Source: a virus
Lineage: Duplodnaviria > Caudoviricetes
Strand: one strand, 5' to 3'
Virus record (IMG/VR): IMGVR_UViG_3300029305_003110
Span: 64,001 to 128,000 of that record
DNA: 64,000 nucleotides
In this document: positions 1 to 10,425 of the stretch, in pieces
How positions within the stretch are numbered: position 1 is the stretch's first letter
How the letters are laid out: each line of letters opens with the position of its first letter
Made by a program: the position numbers and the translations under genes
The notes under the pieces: generated by a model
Database searches by the model: none
Told to the model about the DNA's origin: nothing
The model's input: the letters and a program-made list of their open reading frames with translations, nothing else

Positions 1-1
1 T

Positions 2-184
2 AATCTGTTTGGAACAACAGAATTATGGTCTTTATTATTAAAAGTTAATAATATGACATCGGTTGCACAATTTAATTCAAAATCATTTTTAACATTTACT
101 GATAATATTTTTACAGTATTAAATGAAATACTCATTTTAGAAAATGATAATATTGCTAAAAATAAAGTTAGTATTGAAGGATAA
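2..184 (+). CDS. 3' end of probable baseplate wedge protein (T4 gp53-like), truncated by window edge
   Basis: Frame 2 reads NLFGTTELWSLLLKVNNM...IEG* (stop 182-184). LxGTxELWxLxLxxNN resembles the gp53-like motif. Confidence 0.5.
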   Translation, partial: NLFGTTELWSLLLKVNNMTSVAQFNSKSFLTFTDNIFTVLNEILILENDNIAKNKVSIEG

Positions 185-189
185 AATTT

Positions 190-224
190 ATGGTAGTAGA
201 ATAATCAGCTTATTCTACTACCAT
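190..224. terminator. Bidirectional hairpin between convergent genes
   Basis: Perfect 15-bp stem atggtagtagaataa/ttattctactaccat with a 5-nt loop. Confidence 0.75.
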
Positions 225-233
225 ATTATTTTA

Positions 234-668
234 TTACTTTTTATTTCCGTTTATAGAACTTGAGAAATCAAATATATCATCTTCTACAGTTTCTCTTTCT
301 GTAGCATTTCGCTTCCCTTTTTTATTCAACAAATCCACTCCATCAAAATCTGAAGTTAAGCTATCTTCAGATAATGATTGTGGTAGATGTATATCGTCTA
401 TTAACTGCATTCTATTATTAGATTCATACGGATGGTTAAAGTATCCCAAATCAGATAAATCTTTATATCGTATTTTAACACGTTTGAATGTCAAATAATA
501 TTGACCAGTTTCACGTTTCTTTTCAACGTTTATAATACATACCCAGTCCGCGTTTTCAATTACTTCCCAAGCGCTTCCTACATTAGACCTTCCTAAAAAT
601 CTAGCTAAATCTTCTTTATTAGATTGCATAGCTGCATCGATTGTCGATGCACCCGACCTATTTAACTG
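234..668 (-). CDS. dnaB: DnaB-like replicative helicase, exon 2
   Basis: Begins CAG TTA AAT AGG (QLNR), completing the motif PVITAH|QLNR. It also contains IENADWV and the KRVKIR arginine-finger-like region. Confidence 0.88.
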   Translation of the reverse strand, partial: QLNRSGASTIDAAMQSNKEDLARFLGRSNVGSAWEVIENADWVCIINVEKKRETGQYYLTFKRVKIRYKDLSDLGYFNHPYESNNRMQLIDDIHLPQSLSEDSLTSDFDGVDLLNKKGKRNATERETVEDDIFDFSSSINGNKK

Positions 669-1791
669 CATTTATCTTCCATTAGAGTCGTTAATTCTAA
701 TGCGTTCTCTTACGAACTGCTATATATTTCTATATAGATGAGACTATATCTTCAACTATCGTACTGATAGTTGCTCTCCATTTCCACTCACTTGAGTGTA
801 CTCTACTCGGTCATTCATACAAATCATTAGATTTATATTATCCTTTCGATAGTCGTTGAACCTTACTTATTTATATTAAAAGTTATATTTATCAGATATG
901 TGTTTCCAATTTTTACGTCGTTTTATTTTAGAAATAAAATCTTTAGAATATCCTGTTTTATTATGTATATCTACGATTCTATTTCCAGATTCCAACATAG
1001 TACACACTATTATAGCATCAGAATTATTATATTTCGCCGATGGATTATTTTCGCCAATCAACACCCCTGAAGTAAAACAATATTTATTTGAAATAGTCTG
1101 CCATCGTCTTCCATTTCGTATATCACTAATTAAATCTCGGTCATAAATATTTACTGTCGACATAATATAATCAGTAGAATACCCTTGAGACAATAGTTTG
1201 CATATATTTTCTATTTCATCATTAGTGTATTTTGAGCGTCCCACATCTTCTCCATATTTTATTTTTTTCAATCCCAATTTTATAGCGTGAAGTTGATTTT
1301 CAGAATTATTACACCATTCTAAATTACCAACATAGTTATATTTTTTATTTCCATTAATATGATTTACTTGAAATTTATCTGAATTTTTGATTGGATTATA
1401 TGTTTGTAGAACTAATCGATGGATATAATATCTATATTCTTTATCATTATAATATAATGACACTTGAAGATATCCTGATGTGTGCGGTCTTGGCTTAAGG
1501 ATTTTTCCAGATTTCATATTTTTTACACGACCGTAACTGCTCACACAATAATGAGTTTCTATACCATCAATTATACATGGTTTCCATTCTTCTCCAGTAT
1601 TAATGTAAATAAACACACATATCACCTCCTATTGTATATAAAATTTCACATATCTTTTAATTAATATAAATAAATCTTGGCTGCTGATTACCCAATCATA
1701 AGAATTATCACACAGAGGTACCTTATGCTCTAAGGGCGTTCCAGCATTTAAAAGAGTTTTCAATATATTTTAATATATTGCCACCTTGTTG
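669..1791 (-). ncRNA. Group I self-splicing intron (IA-like, 1123 nt) in helicase gene
   Basis: Minus strand has P AAATGCTGGAA (1739-1749), Q AATCAGCAGCC (1679-1689), R GTTCAACGACTA (850-861) and S AAGATATAGTC (742-752). Exon 1 ends in U (CAT) that can pair with GUGG in P1, and the intron ends in G at 669. Removal restores the reading frame. Confidence 0.92.
876..1625 (-). CDS. Intron-encoded NUMOD4-HNH homing endonuclease (likely start GTG at 1616)
   Basis: EEWK..YCVSSYGRVK (NUMOD4), HRLV..VNHINGNKKYNYVGNLEW (HNH), and two tandem C-terminal helical repeats. Lies between intron elements Q and R. AGGAGG is 8 nt before the GTG at 1616. Confidence 0.9.
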   Translation of the reverse strand: MICVFIYINTGEEWKPCIIDGIETHYCVSSYGRVKNMKSGKILKPRPHTSGYLQVSLYYNDKEYRYYIHRLVLQTYNPIKNSDKFQVNHINGNKKYNYVGNLEWCNNSENQLHAIKLGLKKIKYGEDVGRSKYTNDEIENICKLLSQGYSTDYIMSTVNIYDRDLISDIRNGRRWQTISNKYCFTSGVLIGENNPSAKYNNSDAIIVCTMLESGNRIVDIHNKTGYSKDFISKIKRRKNWKHISDKYNF

Positions 1792-3003
1792 ATGGGCTGT
1801 TATTACGGGAATATCTAATGTTTTGGCTAAGGTTTTTAATTCATTTGTTACATTTTTCAATTCTTCCTTCTCGTCTTTGGCTCTTTCTGCCGGACGTATA
1901 CGTTTAATATAGTCCAATATAAATGCCATAACTTCTTTACCCTCATCACTTAAATCATCTATGATGGTGTAAATATCATCAGTGCTTATAGTTCTATTTG
2001 CATGATACTGAATTATTATATCTATATTATTATCATCGGTTAATGTAAATTCACCAGATTCTTTTAACAGTTTAAGCACTTGTTTTGGTGTAAAGTTCCT
2101 TATATCTTCACTAGTTGTTGTCATATTAAAAAGACGTTCAACTGTCTCTTCAACAGAGTTTTCCATCGTTATCATCAATACACAGGGTTTCTTACCAGGT
2201 TTCTTCACCTGAATACCGTTGTTATATTTACGAATATCTCTCATTGTTTTTAATAGCATACCGGATTTCCATCCACCAGGCAATCCCATAAAGATATATA
2301 AACGCCCACCCATAAATGCTGGAGCCAATATCTGATTTAACTTCTGAATTCCTGTTTTTAATAACCTTGATGGATTTTTTAATTTTGTTACAATATCTAT
2401 TACATTATTTTCAAAATTATCATCATCCAAACTAAATGTATCGGTGTTGTCTACACTCTTAGCTTTTCTAACTCTATTTAATAAATCCGCACAAATATTA
2501 ACCAATTCAGAATTAATTTCAGAAAAACTTTTGTATTCCCCACTATCAAGTTTTTCTACAGTGTCATAAATGAGATCTTTATAATTATACAAATAATAGT
2601 ATTGGAGTCGGTCCTGTATTGCTTTATTAATATACTTTATTTCTTCAAAATTTATTTTTGAATACATCGGTATATTTTCTATAATTTCTTCATTTTCTCT
2701 ATCATACACATCCGACCTACAATAATTGATTATAGCATCATTATTTTCAAAGCCTTTATCAACACGAGCTTCTAATGCTTTTACAATAAATTTAAATCGA
2801 GCTTCCATTTGCTCATTATTTTCATAAACAGTCTCATCAATAACATCAAATAACTGCTTCATTATACTTAATGATTTTCTATTTATTTGGACAGACCGTT
2901 TAAATAAATAACCAATCAACATATTTAACATGGTTACATCAAATTTTAGAGGAATTTTCCTGTCCTCTGATGGTGTTTGTTTTATATTTGTCTTAAATAA
3001 CAT
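1792..3003 (-). CDS. dnaB: DnaB-like replicative helicase, exon 1 (spliced product ~548 aa)
   Basis: KTGIQKLNQIL, Walker A-like GLPGGWKS, ITMEN, Walker B FILDY, LKTLAKTLDIPVITAH. Confidence 0.88.
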
Positions 3004-3101
3004 TTCTCCCCACTTCCTCCAATTTCTTAAAATGTATTATAAAAATGTATGAATGGATATTTAATTTCACCATTCATACATTTTGTAAATTTACCCGGAA
3101 G

Positions 3102-4274
3102 CTATATATTTATTTTCTGATATAAATAATCCCTCATTTTATCGTATGATATATTTTTATTAAATTTTATTTTAATAAATCTTGACAACTTTTCCTCGGT
3201 AGGAGTTGCTTTATCAAAGATAAAATCATATGTGCTTAACAAAGTTTTTATCTTTTCTTCCATTTCTCTCTTCTTAATCTTTTCTTTACTATTGTTATTA
3301 ACAACTGTTTTTATATTCTTATACTTAATAAATATATCATTAATTAAATTTGTTAACAATATTGGATTTGGATAATCTTCAGGTATATTGAATACTATAC
3401 GAAGTCTATCGACTTTAATATTATTAACCAAATTAACTATATATTCGATTTGCTGAGTCTCATCGGTTCTATAAAATGAAGAATTATAATCAATTGTCAT
3501 AGTATCGAATTTCTTTGCATGTTTATTTTCTATAAACTCTATATCGTAGTTAGATGTATGCGGTGTGTATGCTACAGTAAAGAATCCTTTCGGCTCTTCT
3601 TCACCAAAAATCCATCTACTAAAAGAACCTACATAATAAATCCTCTCTTTAATACATTGGGACTTATGGATATGTCCAAAGAATATTGGTCCTTTACAAA
3701 TGTCTAATAATGTATCCGATTTAAATATTGGAGCTCTAGCCATAGTAACTTCGCTCTCCTGAAGCTTTGCAACAAATGCGACCTCATTAATCAGTCCGTG
3801 ACCAAAGATCATATCATATTTATCCGATTGATTGAAATACTCTTTATAATATTCATCTTTATCCTGAACATACTCTTCTGGTATATATAATACATTAAAA
3901 TCTTCGAACAACTCTTCATCAGCAACCGTTTCAATAACCTTGATATCGCAATTAGAATTTGCTAAAAATTTCAATATATCCAACTGTTTATTATCATGGA
4001 ATTCTGTACCCTTTACTATTCTTAATTTAGCATTATGCTTTATACAAATGTCGATAAGCTTTCGTAAGAATACGAATAAATATTTTGTATGATCCGAGTT
4101 TAGTGATAATTTATTATCAAATAGGTCGCCGGCAATAACAACAAAATCTAATATTTTTAATGATTTGAGATATTTGATAAATGACTCATCTAATTCGTAT
4201 ATTAAATCTTCCGCTTTAAATGCTCCACCATGGATGTCAGCTATAACAACACCAACATACGTTTTGTCTGCCAT
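3102..4274 (-). CDS. sbcD: SbcD/Mre11-like metallophosphoesterase nuclease
   Basis: ADIH, AGDLFD, GTEFHD, FGHG, FGHIH and YVGSFSRW motifs. The RBS favours the ATG at 4274. Confidence 0.85.
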   Translation of the reverse strand: MADKTYVGVVIADIHGGAFKAEDLIYELDESFIKYLKSLKILDFVVIAGDLFDNKLSLNSDHTKYLFVFLRKLIDICIKHNAKLRIVKGTEFHDNKQLDILKFLANSNCDIKVIETVADEELFEDFNVLYIPEEYVQDKDEYYKEYFNQSDKYDMIFGHGLINEVAFVAKLQESEVTMARAPIFKSDTLLDICKGPIFFGHIHKSQCIKERIYYVGSFSRWIFGEEEPKGFFTVAYTPHTSNYDIEFIENKHAKKFDTMTIDYNSSFYRTDETQQIEYIVNLVNNIKVDRLRIVFNIPEDYPNPILLTNLINDIFIKYKNIKTVVNNNSKEKIKKREMEEKIKTLLSTYDFIFDKATPTEEKLSRFIKIKFNKNISYDKMRDYLYQKINI

Positions 4275-4287
4275 ACGATTCACCTTC

Positions 4288-4944
4288 TTATTTAATATAT
4301 TCAGACCATTCTGTCTGTTCGTTTAAATTATAATATGAGTGATAGAAATCTACAATTTTATATGCAAATTTTATATATGGTTCTAAAGAATTTCTATCTA
4401 TAAATTTTGTTGCATTGTTTTTATCATTTGCCAATACTATACCAACCTGTTCGACTGTATATCCACGTAACTCTAATAATATTGTGTATAGTGCTAATTG
4501 AATAAACATTGTCAATCTTATTTGCTTAGATGTTTTAAAATCGACAATAGTATATTTACCGTTAACCTTTCCATAAAAGTCAACAGTCCCCCCAAACAAT
4601 TCACTTACAAATTCCTTCTCTTGAAATATTGGTTCGATATCATTATTATTGAACCAAGTAAAGAAATTATTTAAATATTTAAAAACTGTGGCTCTATCTA
4701 TATTATCTATAGGTATAAATAATATATACTTTTTAGATATAATTCCTTCTATTAATAAATGTATCAATGAGCCTAGTTTAGATGTTTCTTCCAATACATC
4801 ATCGACATTTTGCCGTTTAAACCCAAGATAATTTGCCCATTTTACAAGGGCAGGTTTATTTAATATTTTTAATATTGTGGTCGCGCTAGGTATCTCAACT
4901 CCTCTATCATTATAATATGCTTTATGAGTTTCTGTATATTTCAA
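4288..4944 (-). CDS. PD-(D/E)XK (RecB/Cas4-like) exonuclease
   Basis: PSATTIL, GSLIH, GTVD, IVDFKTS and QLALY motifs. TTG start with an AGGAG RBS. Confidence 0.8.
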   Translation of the reverse strand: MKYTETHKAYYNDRGVEIPSATTILKILNKPALVKWANYLGFKRQNVDDVLEETSKLGSLIHLLIEGIISKKYILFIPIDNIDRATVFKYLNNFFTWFNNNDIEPIFQEKEFVSELFGGTVDFYGKVNGKYTIVDFKTSKQIRLTMFIQLALYTILLELRGYTVEQVGIVLANDKNNATKFIDRNSLEPYIKFAYKIVDFYHSYYNLNEQTEWSEYIK

Positions 4945-5033
4945 GTCGCTCCTCTCCTTTAATATCTGTTAACTTCAAAATAATTATATAATATTTTATT
5001 ACTATATTAACAAAATATTAGAACTAATTATAT

Positions 5034-5110
5034 TGGGCTGTAGCCAAGTGGGTAAGGCACCAGATTTTGATTCTGGCATTTCGCAGGTTCGAGTCCTACC
5101 AGCCCAGCCA
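5034..5110 (+). tRNA. trnQ: tRNA-Gln (TTG)
   Basis: Acceptor stem TGGGCTG/CAGCCCA, anticodon arm CCAGA-TTTTGAT-TCTGG, GTTCGAG T-loop, encoded CCA. Confidence 0.95.
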
Positions 5111-5150
5111 TTTATTTTTTATTATATGAACACAATTATAATTATATTAT

Positions 5151-5237
5151 GCGAGAGTGGCAGAATAGGCATATGCAGCGGACTTAAAATCCGCCGTCCG
5201 TGAGGAATTGAGGGTTCAAGTCCCTCCTCTCGCACCA
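5151..5237 (+). tRNA. trnL: tRNA-Leu (TAA)
   Basis: Acceptor stem GCGAGAG/CTCTCGC, anticodon arm GCGGA-CTTAAAA-TCCGC, long variable arm, GTTCAAG T-loop, CCA. Confidence 0.95.
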
Positions 5238-5284
5238 CCAAAATACATTTCCCCAAGAGTAAATGTGTTCATTTTTTTCTCCTA

Positions 5285-5320
5285 AGTATCCATACGGTTT
5301 TTTAGTACCGTATGGATACT
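5285..5320. terminator. Hairpin terminator after tRNAs
   Basis: 14-bp stem agtatccatacggt/accgtatggatact followed by a T tract. Confidence 0.75.
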
Positions 5321-5379
5321 ATTTTTTTATAATATATATTTAATAAACTAGCAAAATAGTTTCATTTTTAACCTGACAA

Positions 5380-5391
5380 AACAATATATTA
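5380..5391 (+). promoter_or_regulatory. Late-type promoter AACA-N6-TA (representative plus-strand copy)
   Basis: The same motif occurs upstream of, and oriented with, plus-strand units at 5009, 5129, 9695, 18896, 19586, 22623, 24075, 31283, 44995, 60884 and 61158. It matches the AR9 late promoter consensus. Confidence 0.75.
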
Positions 5392-5423
5392 AAAGTTTAA
5401 ATATATAGAAAGGGGCATTTATT

Positions 5424-6371
5424 ATGGGTTTAAAATCACTTGAAAAAACCTTTATATATACTCATTTGAATAGATCCAATGGATTGACAAATAATATTGC
5501 CGGATTATTATCAAATGGTATAATACTAACGGAAAAAAATTTAGAAGAGCCATTCATGATAATAATGAAAAACTTTAAATTCCCATTAAAATATAAAGTT
5601 ATGGAAGACTTTAAAAATGGCAATATAGTTTTGATGTATTCAACAAACACAAAATTACCGACAGCATTACCATTCTTTTTAACAAAGAATAATGAAGGAC
5701 GTGTTGTTGCTGTAGTATCTGTAAATATATATGGATCTATGAATAAAGAAACAGGAGACGTGACTATTGATGCTAAGAAATTATATTGCATGATGGAGTC
5801 TGCGTATTTAGCTAAGGTATGCTTTTTCCATGATAAACAATTGTCTGCAAGAAATGTATTATTATCCAATGGTAGTAATATATACTCATCTATGTTTGCA
5901 AGAGTACTTAATAAAAAATATGCATTAAATTTAGATAAAACTAAATTACATAAAGTATTACTACTATCTAGTAAATTTTATCTTATAAATATTCTTGGAT
6001 TACCTGATAATGAATTAGTATTTAATTATGCAATAAAAAATTGCCCTAATGGAAACTTATATTCATTAGAAGAAACAAATAATATATTAGCTATGAAAGA
6101 TTATGAAAATCTCGAAACCTTTATAAAGGCATTAACAAAACCAGAATTAGGATTAAATTTCAGAGATTTGACTACACATAATTACTTGGAAGCGTTCATA
6201 AATATGTATGATGCAAGTAATTTATTATCATTAGAATCGTTTCCATATTTTGTATATAATATCGTATCAGTTACAAATGGTGCATATATAAATAATCAAT
6301 ATGTATTAGAAGATATAGTTGGTTCTAGTGGTGCTAAAATTTATAATGATATTATGAATCTCGATAAATAA
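5424..6371 (+). CDS. Hypothetical protein, probably virion-associated
   Basis: 315-aa ORF with RBS and late-type promoter, at the head of the structural block. Confidence 0.6.
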   Translation: MGLKSLEKTFIYTHLNRSNGLTNNIAGLLSNGIILTEKNLEEPFMIIMKNFKFPLKYKVMEDFKNGNIVLMYSTNTKLPTALPFFLTKNNEGRVVAVVSVNIYGSMNKETGDVTIDAKKLYCMMESAYLAKVCFFHDKQLSARNVLLSNGSNIYSSMFARVLNKKYALNLDKTKLHKVLLLSSKFYLINILGLPDNELVFNYAIKNCPNGNLYSLEETNNILAMKDYENLETFIKALTKPELGLNFRDLTTHNYLEAFINMYDASNLLSLESFPYFVYNIVSVTNGAYINNQYVLEDIVGSSGAKIYNDIMNLDK

Positions 6372-6382
6372 TATGAAAGGAG

Positions 6383-9300
6383 ATGATATATATGAGCGGA
6401 CAAGAACAAATTGTCAGCACCATTCAACGTGTTAAAACCAAGGATGGTTATCAGACAATATTTCCAATAAATACAACACGTGATGTATATTATAAATTAT
6501 CTGATAATTTAGATGATAGTATAACATTACAAAAATATTTAGAAACTTCATTTATACCTAAATCAAATTCATCTATTGATGGAGATGGCACTATAACTAC
6601 GTTCAGAGATGTATATTCTGGTGCTGTGAATGGTACAACCGAAGATACTGATATTAGGATAAATTTACCGATTAAAGGTACTACCGCCGGAGTACCTTTT
6701 ACTCTCGATATGAGTATTGGTGCAGATGAGCGGGTCATGTTAAATAATTTAAATAGCCACAAAGTTGAAGAGTTTATGGCGAATGAAACATCAGGTCTTA
6801 ATACTGTAATATGCTCTTCAATATCATCACTTGGAACAAATCTTATCATTAGTGGACGAGGTAATGGGGCAGAAGTTAGAGCATATAAGATTATAGATAA
6901 TGCGTTAAAAGTTATGACGATTTCTCCAGAACCCTCTACTGAAATCGGTAGAGTGGAATTATGTGCACTGTCCGATGATGGGCAATATATGGCATTATAT
7001 GGAGAATTAAATGAACTCGCAATCTATACAAAAACTGATGATTTAACATATACTAGAATTGGTCAGTTAAACCCTATCAATGTTAGCACAGATATAACAA
7101 ATCTTGATAATTTAACGATACTCGACCCAAATAGAACTAGCTCGTCATCTACTAATAGACAACTATTCATTATGCTTGGCGGTCCTAATAGAGCCGCAGC
7201 TTTATTCAGCTTTGATAGTCTCGGTTCATTTTCACAATTAAAGGAAGACTTTATTCCCACTTATCGTCCATATGTAGTGACAACATCTACCGATAGTTCA
7301 ACTATGGTTATTGCTGCAAAAACAGGCGCATCGACACCTATCACTTATGTATACATATATACTTTTAATAGTGAAACTGCACAATACATTCTTAGGTACT
7401 CATCAGCATTATCTAGTCTAGTAAATAATAGTAGTGGTGATATTCAGAGTATATCCTTAAGACCTGATGGTGCCATGGTATCGTTTGTGTTAGCAAGTAA
7501 TAAGAAGGTAATCTATAGAGCAAATATTGTTAATGGAACAATACCTACTAACGACGTGAAGGGTATCACTCTGCAGCACGAGGTAGTCATACACAACCAT
7601 ATGCAAGATGACAATATACTGGCATCGGTAATTAAAGAATATAATACATTCAATCCGGTTATATCGGTATTCAATGTATCTACTGGCGAATCGGTATATA
7701 ACACAGATAATATAGATAACTTATTTAAAAACCCAGCAAGTAATATAGGACTGTCTGCAAATAAAAAATATGGATTTATTATTAAACAAAAAGAAACAAC
7801 AACTGAGGCAGACCCATATAATAATGAACCGCAAATAGTACCATTTGAATTCGGTATAAATGAATTAGTTCCGTCAATTGGAACTAATCCCTCACAAATG
7901 GTAGTTGGTGAACATTGCGTAGTATCAAAAAATGGAATGTATTTAGCGGTGTTACCATCAAGAAGCGGAAGCGAAATGTCAAACTTGACGGTATATAAAA
8001 CAACCGGTGGTTCATATTTAAAAATAAACGATACTATATTAAATACTACAAATATAAACGCCAATGATGCAACAGACATAATCATGTCGCCAGATGGTAT
8101 GGTTATAGCCGTAGTGTTATCAAGAACTATCCACGTATTCTATAATCTTGGCAACGATGTATTCTTAACAGAAACCGCAACAATGTCTCAATCCGACATA
8201 ACATGTGCTGCCATATCAAATAAAACTACCAGAGGATATGCGATGTTTATGGCTGGAATTAGTGGAGCTGCAGGATATTTGATAACCGCAACATCGGTCA
8301 AATTGACGGTGGCTGGTGCGCAATCATCTGCACCATCAATATTCTATGGAATACCAACAGGTATGTGTATACACGATAATAAATTCGTATACGTATCATC
8401 ATACAATGCAACTAATCAAGAAACTAGAATTGAACGATTTGTATTAATAGATTCTGGCACAATGAACACATCAGCAACAAACATGGGAACATTGCCCGAA
8501 GCCCCAAAGAAATTGCTATTAAATACTACAGAAAATGGATATGTGTATGCAATAAAACCACCCGAATCGGTAGAAGACGGATCATCTTTAATAGGAATGT
8601 GGATGGCAACAAATAATGTAACAAACCCATCTGTAGAAATTATTCTTAATGGTTTAGATATTTCTGATACATCATATATAACATTTGATAAGTCGAATAG
8701 ATATCTATATGCGTTATCTTCAAATAGAAAGACTATTCGCTGCTATAGTATAAGTACTCCCGATAATATTGTGAACGAATTAACCCTTACCCTTGTATCT
8801 GAATATTCATCAAAAAATATGATAGGTGTAAAGCGATTATTTGTTTCTACATATGATGACAGACTAGTTGCATATTCATCATTATTCCCATATGTTTTTG
8901 TATTTAATCATACCACAGTATCTGGATTATCGGATTTGAAATTCTCTGGAACTATAATGGCTAATCCTCAACTAGATGAATCCGGAAATCAAATTCAAGC
9001 AGCATTGTGGGCAAATACATCAGCTAACTACGATAATACACAATTCATAAAATCAGTATATGTTGGTACAAATGAAGATCTCTCCGGATATATAATAATA
9101 GAATTAAATAGTTTTGGACTAACAAATGCATCAGTATATATTCGTGAATTATCATTATACAGACAACCCGATGAGTCTATCGATTATTCAAATATATCAG
9201 TAGAAGCATTAGACTTAACTAATACTAACCTCGAAAATTTGGAAATTGTGAACATGACCCCATCAACAACCTTTAGAAATATAGATGTTTCTGAATCTCT

Positions 9301-9613
9301 TACAGTGGATGGTTGTCGTGTGGTAACTTTAAATAGAGTTCGTGGATTTGTATTAAGTCCTGGTTCCTGGAACGAAGAAACCATAATTGAGAATGGTGCG
9401 ACTATTCAACATCACAGATATCGTATATATAATGACACTATAACACCTGATAGTATTGTAAATATTGATATTGTTGATAACACTAGCTTAGCTATATCAG
9501 TTAGTGCTAATGTCAAATCAATTACAGTAGAAGGGGATGGATATGTTGATATATTCGCATATTCAAAACCAACAGGAGATATTATTGTAGACATTAACAT
9601 CATGAATAATTAA
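6383..9613 (+). CDS. Large beta-propeller-like virion/tail protein
   Basis: Repeated WD40/YVTN-like blades (ALSDDGQYMAL, SLRPDGAMVSF, VSKNGMYLAV, MSPDGMVIAV, FDKSNRYLYA). Likely start at 6392. Confidence 0.6.
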   Translation: MIYMSGQEQIVSTIQRVKTKDGYQTIFPINTTRDVYYKLSDNLDDSITLQKYLETSFIPKSNSSIDGDGTITTFRDVYSGAVNGTTEDTDIRINLPIKGTTAGVPFTLDMSIGADERVMLNNLNSHKVEEFMANETSGLNTVICSSISSLGTNLIISGRGNGAEVRAYKIIDNALKVMTISPEPSTEIGRVELCALSDDGQYMALYGELNELAIYTKTDDLTYTRIGQLNPINVSTDITNLDNLTILDPNRTSSSSTNRQLFIMLGGPNRAAALFSFDSLGSFSQLKEDFIPTYRPYVVTTSTDSSTMVIAAKTGASTPITYVYIYTFNSETAQYILRYSSALSSLVNNSSGDIQSISLRPDGAMVSFVLASNKKVIYRANIVNGTIPTNDVKGITLQHEVVIHNHMQDDNILASVIKEYNTFNPVISVFNVSTGESVYNTDNIDNLFKNPASNIGLSANKKYGFIIKQKETTTEADPYNNEPQIVPFEFGINELVPSIGTNPSQMVVGEHCVVSKNGMYLAVLPSRSGSEMSNLTVYKTTGGSYLKINDTILNTTNINANDATDIIMSPDGMVIAVVLSRTIHVFYNLGNDVFLTETATMSQSDITCAAISNKTTRGYAMFMAGISGAAGYLITATSVKLTVAGAQSSAPSIFYGIPTGMCIHDNKFVYVSSYNATNQETRIERFVLIDSGTMNTSATNMGTLPEAPKKLLLNTTENGYVYAIKPPESVEDGSSLIGMWMATNNVTNPSVEIILNGLDISDTSYITFDKSNRYLYALSSNRKTIRCYSISTPDNIVNELTLTLVSEYSSKNMIGVKRLFVSTYDDRLVAYSSLFPYVFVFNHTTVSGLSDLKFSGTIMANPQLDESGNQIQAALWANTSANYDNTQFIKSVYVGTNEDLSGYIIIELNSFGLTNASVYIRELSLYRQPDESIDYSNISVEALDLTNTNLENLEIVNMTPSTTFRNIDVSESLTVDGCRVVTLNRVRGFVLSPGSWNEETIIENGATIQHHRYRIYNDTITPDSIVNIDIVDNTSLAISVSANVKSITVEGDGYVDIFAYSKPTGDIIVDINIMNN

Positions 9614-9623
9614 TTTTTTTATT

Positions 9624-9659
9624 AATGGTTAGTAATGGATTTTACCATTACTAACCGTT
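9624..9659 (+). terminator. Intrinsic terminator
   Basis: aatggttagtaatgg/ccattactaaccgtt stem followed by a T run. Confidence 0.7.
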
Positions 9660-9749
9660 TTTAATGCTTTTTTATATAGATATTGGGCTCTTCAAACATT
9701 CTAATAATAAAATTTTAATAAGTAAAATTATGAAAGGAAGTGTTTATTT

Positions 9750-10406
9750 ATGGGTGTAATTAATACAGGTGTTGATACCGTATATATTCTTGGACGAATC
9801 TCCAAACTAGAATCTAAATTAGAAGAGTTATTATATGAAGATGTAGCTATTAATAATTTTTCAACTAATAAACCAACTACTGAATATGGCTCAACTATAA
9901 CTAGCGTTATTTTATTGTGGGACATTAATAAAACCCCTACTAGTCTAACATTAGATGGTGAATCCATAGATGTAAATTCTAAAAACAAAGTTATTTCTAA
10001 ATTAGAAATAACATTCGATAATAATAAAACCTGGACTCTAATTGCGACTGGCGAACATGGAGAAACGTCTAAAATGACTACAAGCGTTTCTTTCTCTAAT
10101 GGTGTATATTATGGAACATCTTCAGAACCAGAAACATATAATAGTGAGTTTGTTTTAGGGCTTACAAAAACATTAAGGACTACAAAATTACCAATATTTA
10201 CTGTAAATGCTGCAGAAGATAAATATATTTACTATTGTGTGCCATCTAGGTATGGTAAATGTAAATTTATTATAGGTGGATTTGAAGGTGGTATAGTACT
10301 TAAAGAGACTATATCATTTACAAACTCTTCAGGTTATACCGAGTCATATGATATATACAGATCCGATTATAGCGGTCTTGGAGAAACGATAGTAAACGTA
10401 CAATGA
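9750..10406 (+). CDS. Putative tail-associated beta-rich protein (paralog of 24114..25031)
   Basis: C-terminal FTVNA..YYCVPSRYG..Y.IY region parallels FTISA..FAYPSTL..YRVY in 24114. Directly precedes a fibre gene. Confidence 0.55.
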   Translation: MGVINTGVDTVYILGRISKLESKLEELLYEDVAINNFSTNKPTTEYGSTITSVILLWDINKTPTSLTLDGESIDVNSKNKVISKLEITFDNNKTWTLIATGEHGETSKMTTSVSFSNGVYYGTSSEPETYNSEFVLGLTKTLRTTKLPIFTVNAAEDKYIYYCVPSRYGKCKFIIGGFEGGIVLKETISFTNSSGYTESYDIYRSDYSGLGETIVNVQ

Positions 10407-10425
10407 TATGGAGGTGTAATATATT

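Noticed and set aside
669-1791. Intein, frameshift or helicase pseudogene
   Set aside because: The insert has stops in the helicase frame and a full group I RNA core, so RNA splicing explains it.
4288-4944. Cas4 of a CRISPR system
   Set aside because: No Fe-S cysteine cluster, no other cas genes and no array. It fits a phage recombination exonuclease next to sbcD.
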